Shown here: positions 58,945 to 64,000 of the stretch, piece by piece
Layout: every line of letters begins with the position of its first letter
Position numbering within the stretch: the first letter of the stretch is position 1
Source of the DNA: a virus
DNA: 64,000 bases
Direction: 5' to 3' (one strand)
IMG/VR virus record: IMGVR_UViG_3300023184_008808
Coordinates: 1 to 64,000 of that record
Translations under genes and position numbers: made by a program
The notes under the pieces: model-generated
Databases searched by the model: none
What the model saw: only the letters and a program-made list of their open reading frames with translations
Told to the model about the DNA's origin: nothing

Positions 58945-59895
58945 ATGAACCATGATTTAAATCAGCGTGCTCAAAAGCTTGTTCAGACAACTATTCGTTG
59001 TTTTCATCATTCTTCTTTTGATGATGTTAAAGAACACAAGTCTATTACAGCTGAAATTCCAGAATTTGAAGCGTTTCAAAAAGGTATAAGTAAAATTCTT
59101 AAAATTCGTTCTGGTAAGGTCAATCCTGAAATGCTTCCTTGTTATGAAAGTCCTCTTTTAAATTTCGCACAAGAGCAACATCTTTTTCGAAAAATGAATT
59201 ATTACAAGTATAGAGCTAAAACTATTATTGCTTCTATCAATTATGATGATCCTTGTTATCAAAAAATTAAAAACGCTGAAAATTTTATTGAAAAGTCTAT
59301 CGAGGTACGCAATCAAATTGCACAATCAAACTTTAGACTTGCAACTCAGATTATGAAACATCGCATGAGTTTTAACAAAGAATTATATCAAAGTGATTTA
59401 ATGCTTTCAGATGCTTATTTTGATGTTCTAAAAGCTGTTGATTACTTTAATTGGACTTTAGGATATCGCTTTAGCACATACGCTACATGGGTTATAAAAA
59501 AGAATTATTTTAGGGATGCTAAATTAAAAGCAAATCTTTCAGAAAAATTCAACAGTCTTGACGATCAAAATGCAGATATGATTGAAGGTCGTAGTTCTGG
59601 CATAGAAGAGGAAAAGGCTCACATTACTCGTCAAAAGCTTATCTTTAAACTGATTGGAGTAATGGTTAGGGAAAATCTTGGAACTGATCGTGTGCGACAA
59701 GCTTTTGTTTTAGAAAACTATTACGGCGTTAATGGTCGTGATAGAAAGACTCTTGAGCAAATTAGCGAAGAGATTGGCGTCACCAAGGAAAGAGTTAGAC
59801 AATTAAAAGAAAAAGGTCTCGAATGGATTAGAGAACGAGTGACGCAACTAGATCTTGATTATGATAATGATGCCCCAGAGGAAAGCTTGTTTTAG
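58945..59895 (+). CDS. RpoD/SigA-like sigma-70 factor
   Basis: PLL..EQHLFRKMNY, NFRL, KAVDYFN..GYRFSTYATW, TLEQI...GVTKERVRQ. Confidence 0.92.
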   Translation: MNHDLNQRAQKLVQTTIRCFHHSSFDDVKEHKSITAEIPEFEAFQKGISKILKIRSGKVNPEMLPCYESPLLNFAQEQHLFRKMNYYKYRAKTIIASINYDDPCYQKIKNAENFIEKSIEVRNQIAQSNFRLATQIMKHRMSFNKELYQSDLMLSDAYFDVLKAVDYFNWTLGYRFSTYATWVIKKNYFRDAKLKANLSEKFNSLDDQNADMIEGRSSGIEEEKAHITRQKLIFKLIGVMVRENLGTDRVRQAFVLENYYGVNGRDRKTLEQISEEIGVTKERVRQLKEKGLEWIRERVTQLDLDYDNDAPEESLF

Positions 59896-59932
59896 ACTTT
59901 AAAAAGTCAACAGCATTGATATAATAGCCCCT

Positions 59933-61069
59933 ATGTTCACTTTAAAAGAAGCCTACGAAGCTCTTGTTGACAGAACTGAATTTGCTGTTAAGCAAACTAA
60001 GGATACTGTTTGTTTTGATTATATAATTGTTCTTTCTGACTCTTTTTTGCCAGAAGACAATAGTGAAGAGGCTAAGCGAAAAGCATGGATTCGTCGCAAT
60101 ATGCGAGGAGTTACTTTTTGCTTGCATACGCAAGAAATATTATCATTACCTTTGCACAAGTTTTATAACTTGAATCAAAATCCTCAGTCAGCTTTTCACT
60201 TATACCAAAATCAACAAGCTACTATTTATGAAAAATTAGATGGTAGCATGATTCATTTTTATTTGCTTAAAGGTGATTTAGTAGCATCAACATGTCGCTC
60301 TATAGATACAGTTCAAGCCAAAGAAGCTTTGTCTATAGCACAAAACAATACTAAGCTTAAAAATGAAATTTTAGAGTCTATACAAAATGGATTGACTCCT
60401 ATATTTGAATTTGTATCTCCTAAAAATCAAATTGTTGTTCAGTATAATCAACAACGACTTGTTTATCTTATTTCTAGAAATCGTAAAACTGGTAAATATA
60501 TTTTTGAAGATAAGTATTCTGATAAGGCCAAGGTTTTCAATATTGCTTTTCCTTATATTTTTGATTTTTTAAACATAAAAGAATTTGAAGGATATGTTTG
60601 TCATTTTGAAAATGGCGAAATTCTTAAGTTAAAAACTCCTTGGTATGTTGAACGACACCGTGCTGTAGATTTTTTGATTAAGCCTCTTTATAAGCTTTAT
60701 GAAGTTGCTCTCGATGGCTATATGGATGATATTATTGGTTTAGCTGCCGATTCTTATAAACATAAATTAACTTTAATTCATGATGAAGTTCAAAAAGATA
60801 TATTGAACCATAAAAAAGAAATACAAAACAATTTTGATAATTTAATTATTTCATTGGGCACACAACATCAGTCTTTAAATGACAGGCTACAAGATAAAGC
60901 TCACAGAAAAAAGTTTGTTCAGTGTGTAAAGGATTCTAAGCAAGACATATCAATCATGATGTGTCTATATCAAGGGCAAGAATTTGATAAAATACTGAAG
61001 AAAAAGCTTCTTGAAAATTATACTGCACAATATAAAGTAAAAATTTGGGAAGACAATAATTTTAAATAA
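59933..61069 (+). CDS. T4 Rnl1-like RNA ligase
   Basis: RGVTF, KFYN, EKLDGS, FEF...NQIVV.Y, EGYV, KLKTPWY. Confidence 0.9.
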   Translation: MFTLKEAYEALVDRTEFAVKQTKDTVCFDYIIVLSDSFLPEDNSEEAKRKAWIRRNMRGVTFCLHTQEILSLPLHKFYNLNQNPQSAFHLYQNQQATIYEKLDGSMIHFYLLKGDLVASTCRSIDTVQAKEALSIAQNNTKLKNEILESIQNGLTPIFEFVSPKNQIVVQYNQQRLVYLISRNRKTGKYIFEDKYSDKAKVFNIAFPYIFDFLNIKEFEGYVCHFENGEILKLKTPWYVERHRAVDFLIKPLYKLYEVALDGYMDDIIGLAADSYKHKLTLIHDEVQKDILNHKKEIQNNFDNLIISLGTQHQSLNDRLQDKAHRKKFVQCVKDSKQDISIMMCLYQGQEFDKILKKKLLENYTAQYKVKIWEDNNFK

Positions 61070-61082
61070 ACTTTAGTTCTGC

Positions 61083-61111
61083 TTTACAATCAAAATTACA
61101 AATGGTAATAT
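61083..61111 (+). promoter_or_regulatory. sigma70-like promoter
   Basis: TTTACA-17-TAATAT with TG. Confidence 0.65.
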
Positions 61112-61201
61112 TGCTCTGCCAAAGAAATTCAGTCTGGCCTCACATAGAGTGGTAGGGTTAGTTTCTACTGAATTGATTGGTTTAATTGGAGTTGATATAT
61201 T

Positions 61202-62077
61202 ATGCCGACTAATCGTTCTGGCATTCGTGGTGTGCGTGTTACCTCTACTGCTTCTCAAGTTCTTGATGAACTGACTAATTTAGTTCCTCAAAAGAATCCT
61301 GAGACCAAGAAGCCAGTTGAGTGGCAACTGCCTCTTACCCCAGAAGCTCAATCTTTGGCTAATAATTGGGCTGATGCCAAAGAGCTTTCTGATCCAATTG
61401 TCAAAAGATTAGAAAAAGAGCGCAATGAATTCAATGCTTATGCTTTGCGTATCGTTGCTGAGCGTATTTTGAAATTTAAAAGTAAGCCTAGCAATCCATT
61501 AGTAATTACCAAACGAGCAGATGGAAAAGATGATCATAAATTTAAGTGGCTTTTTTGCGACAGTTTGAGTTTAGATTTTCCTGCTGTTCCTGAAGGTGTC
61601 GCTGTTCGTGATCATCACATTAAAGTTTTTGAAGATCATGGATTGCATCCTGTAGATGCCGCATCCTTGGTTGACAATGAATTAGATTTTTGTCCGGTTG
61701 TTGGATTCAAGTCGTTTAGCGAACTTCTTGATGGAATTTATAAAAATCGAGATTTTGTCGAATCTTCAACTGAGCAGAAAGCTGCTGGCATGAAACTGCG
61801 TGATCTTGTGAAGTGGGATGGCAGCGGTCCTGTTCCGCAACCCTTGACTGCAGAGGAAAAAAATCTGGTATTAGAGCGAAGTTCTAATACAAAAGTTAAG
61901 GCAGGTTTTTTGAACAGGGTTGCTAATTATTGTAGGTCGTTGGATCAAATCATGGCTGTTTTCAAGCTTATACAGCCCAAGATTTATCCCTCTTATTTAG
62001 ATTATGCCTCTAGCGATGACGCTGCTGGCAAGCTAGCTAGGAAGAAAGATGCTTTGAACGGCATTTTCGGCTTATAA
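61202..62077 (+). CDS. hypothetical protein
   Basis: Own promoter; SD GGAG. Confidence 0.75.
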   Translation: MPTNRSGIRGVRVTSTASQVLDELTNLVPQKNPETKKPVEWQLPLTPEAQSLANNWADAKELSDPIVKRLEKERNEFNAYALRIVAERILKFKSKPSNPLVITKRADGKDDHKFKWLFCDSLSLDFPAVPEGVAVRDHHIKVFEDHGLHPVDAASLVDNELDFCPVVGFKSFSELLDGIYKNRDFVESSTEQKAAGMKLRDLVKWDGSGPVPQPLTAEEKNLVLERSSNTKVKAGFLNRVANYCRSLDQIMAVFKLIQPKIYPSYLDYASSDDAAGKLARKKDALNGIFGL

Positions 62078-62091
62078 TTTAGCTGAGTATT

Positions 62092-62135
62092 AGAATGGAA
62101 TCCGATATGGTAATTTTCATATCGGATTCCATTCT
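62092..62135. repeat. perfect 18-bp inverted repeat
   Basis: AGAATGGAATCCGATATG/CATATCGGATTCCATTCT with an 8-nt loop. Confidence 0.85.
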
Positions 62136-62154
62136 TTACATATGGAGGCAAAAT

Positions 62155-62718
62155 ATGTTGCGAGATGATTTGTTGGATTGTAAAACTCTTGAAGAAAAAT
62201 CTAAAATAATTTGGCAGCATTACGAAAAGCGTAAATTAGATAGTAATTTAGAACCCAACTGGACACACGCTGCTTATGATTTAGTTCTTCGCTACAACGA
62301 AAATCCTTCTGCTTTAAAGAACGAAGAATCAAGCGTTCTTAAAGAGTTGATTTACAGTCACGAAATGCTTGATGGTACTGAAGTTCAGTCTTTTCCTCAC
62401 ATTCCTCGTAGTCCTGTTCGTATCATGCATGATGGTTGGAAAATTGGAACTCCTACATGGATTTTCATGGGCAGAAGTCTTAATTTTAATTTAATTCGTT
62501 CTTTGGGCAATGACTGGATTGCAGTTGGTCGTGAAGTTCCAGCAGATCTTTGTCATCTTTTTGATCCAACCATGCCCAAAATTGCTTGGATCGCTTACAA
62601 CATCAATGATCAAATGGGACTCAATGCTCAAACAGCCAATTGTATCGGCCCAGCTTTATATTTTAATGAACTTATTGAAGCATTGGAGAAACAAACCAAG
62701 AAGAAATTTTCGATCTAA
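62155..62718 (+). CDS. hypothetical protein
   Basis: TACATA and SD GGAGG upstream. Confidence 0.7.
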   Translation: MLRDDLLDCKTLEEKSKIIWQHYEKRKLDSNLEPNWTHAAYDLVLRYNENPSALKNEESSVLKELIYSHEMLDGTEVQSFPHIPRSPVRIMHDGWKIGTPTWIFMGRSLNFNLIRSLGNDWIAVGREVPADLCHLFDPTMPKIAWIAYNINDQMGLNAQTANCIGPALYFNELIEALEKQTKKKFSI

Positions 62719-62750
62719 ACAATAAGTGTTTTTTATGGTAAAATATTTCC

Positions 62751-63422
62751 ATGGAAATAAAATATAATTTTAAAGGCCGTCTAAAAGTAAATGCTTATAA
62801 ATCCATGGATTGTGATGTACAAATGCATGTAAGCGTTCTTGAAGATGATCCTTGGGAATCTTTGGCTGATAAGAATAAACTCAATACTATTTATCCTATT
62901 GATCAATATGTGGATGGCATTAGAGTGGCTGGTGAATTGTCTTTTTTTGATCAGATCAGTTCTCCTATGAAAATTAGTCGTGGAACTGGTGCTGGCATGA
63001 GTGAAAGCGTTGAGTTGGAGCTTTATTACTCTGACGAGCCAAATATTACGAGTCGAATTAAAATTGTTTTTCTTGAAAAAACTGCTACTATTCGCATACA
63101 AGGAAACTACAACGAAAATAAAATATATTGGCAATTTTGCATTATTGGTACGCCATTGGCTGATGGCATGAATATTTTTCCAGATGATTTTACCGGTAGC
63201 AATACACTAAAAGTTTATTCTTGCAACGACTTTAGAGGCGTTTGGCCTTACCCTGTTTCTTCAATAATAGTAGCTTCAAATGTCAAAGAAGCTAAGAGAA
63301 TATTGTTGCATGAATTGAATCGTGCTGGTATTCCTATTGAAGATTCTGGTCATTTTACTTTCATCAAACTTGATTTGTCGAAGTCGGGTTGTTTTATTCT
63401 TAACGATGGCAAGGTGTTATAA
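62751..63422 (+). CDS. hypothetical protein
   Basis: ORF; extended -10 TGGTAAAAT 6 nt upstream. Confidence 0.65.
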   Translation: MEIKYNFKGRLKVNAYKSMDCDVQMHVSVLEDDPWESLADKNKLNTIYPIDQYVDGIRVAGELSFFDQISSPMKISRGTGAGMSESVELELYYSDEPNITSRIKIVFLEKTATIRIQGNYNENKIYWQFCIIGTPLADGMNIFPDDFTGSNTLKVYSCNDFRGVWPYPVSSIIVASNVKEAKRILLHELNRAGIPIEDSGHFTFIKLDLSKSGCFILNDGKVL

Positions 63423-63423
63423 A

Positions 63424-63615
63424 ATGAATATTACAATTGATGTAACAGATTTAACCGAAGCTATTTTAGATTTTTTTTCACATGGAGATCAAGTTTTAAT
63501 CGTAAACCAAGGTGTATTTACCAATATGCATATTCGTCTTTTTGATGATATTTTTTTGGTAAAAAATGTTTCTAATGGTCGTGAGCGTCAACTTCTGACA
63601 ATAAAGAAACTCTAA
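63424..63615 (+). CDS. hypothetical protein
   Basis: ORF. Confidence 0.5.
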   Translation: MNITIDVTDLTEAILDFFSHGDQVLIVNQGVFTNMHIRLFDDIFLVKNVSNGRERQLLTIKKL

Positions 63616-63621
63616 TAATGT

Positions 63622-64000
63622 ATGTCATATTCTAAAAAGATTTTGGTTAGCAAGCGTCTAAAAGGACCCGGATTTATTGCAAATCCGTCTAGCGTTGTTT
63701 ATGTGTTCAGAAACACTCTTAAAGGTTCTATAGGTGTTTGTCTTAGCGGTGAAAATATTGGCCCTTTAAATAAGTCCAATATGAGGGACATTCTTAACGC
63801 TCCGCCAGACATTTTTGTGCGAGCCAAAGAAATAATCATTGGTGGTGATATTGAATTTCCTATTTATTTAGGTGGACCAAATCGCACTGAAGGTCTTTAT
63901 TTCCTTCACGGATATCCTGAATTTGCAAATGTCACCAAGTTAGATCATGTTCCTGAAAAAGTTAAAAACAATAAAATTAAAAAGGATTCTGTTGCTGCTG
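63622..64000 (+). CDS. YqgE/AlgH (DUF179)-like protein, partial
   Basis: Manual translation: SVVYVF...GSIGVCL...PIYLGGP...LYFLHG; runs off the window. Confidence 0.7.
   Translation, partial: MSYSKKILVSKRLKGPGFIANPSSVVYVFRNTLKGSIGVCLSGENIGPLNKSNMRDILNAPPDIFVRAKEIIIGGDIEFPIYLGGPNRTEGLYFLHGYPEFANVTKLDHVPEKVKNNKIKKDSVAA

Noticed and set aside
1-64000. Stop-codon reassignment
   Set aside because: Coding density is high under the standard code, and TAA, TAG and TGA all end recognisable full-length proteins.
1-64000. Bacterial chromosome origin
   Set aside because: Housekeeping genes lack their usual operon partners (no rpmI/rplT, clpP/tig, dnaK, groEL) and are mixed with virion-like, Rnl1 and orphan genes.

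Overview
AT-rich, densely coded 64-kb segment of a large (jumbo/huge) tailed-phage genome using the standard genetic code. Several proteins resemble planctomycete-type families (two CsrA, ClpS, an RpoD-like sigma, a nucleoid-like protein, secreted proteins), so a Planctomycetota host is inferred. The window is rich in translation and protein-quality-control genes: tmRNA, tRNA-Thr, bS21, IF3, peptide deformylase, Pth2, ClpX, ClpS, DnaJ, GroES and an Rnl1 RNA ligase. It also has a PHP-less DnaE, three sigma factors, dUTPase, PhoH, glycosyltransferases, 2OG oxygenases and some virion-like genes. Most notable: (1) a TANATA late-promoter-like motif lies 4-6 nt before the ATG of at least seven SD-less genes, suggesting leaderless late mRNAs alongside phage IF3/bS21; (2) a one-piece tmRNA with an alphaproteobacterial-type GGCGGUA T-loop; (3) a candidate CsrA regulon with GGA-loop leaders; (4) several apparent pseudoenzymes; (5) unassigned structured RNAs. 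All family assignments come from motif recognition by eye, without database searches.
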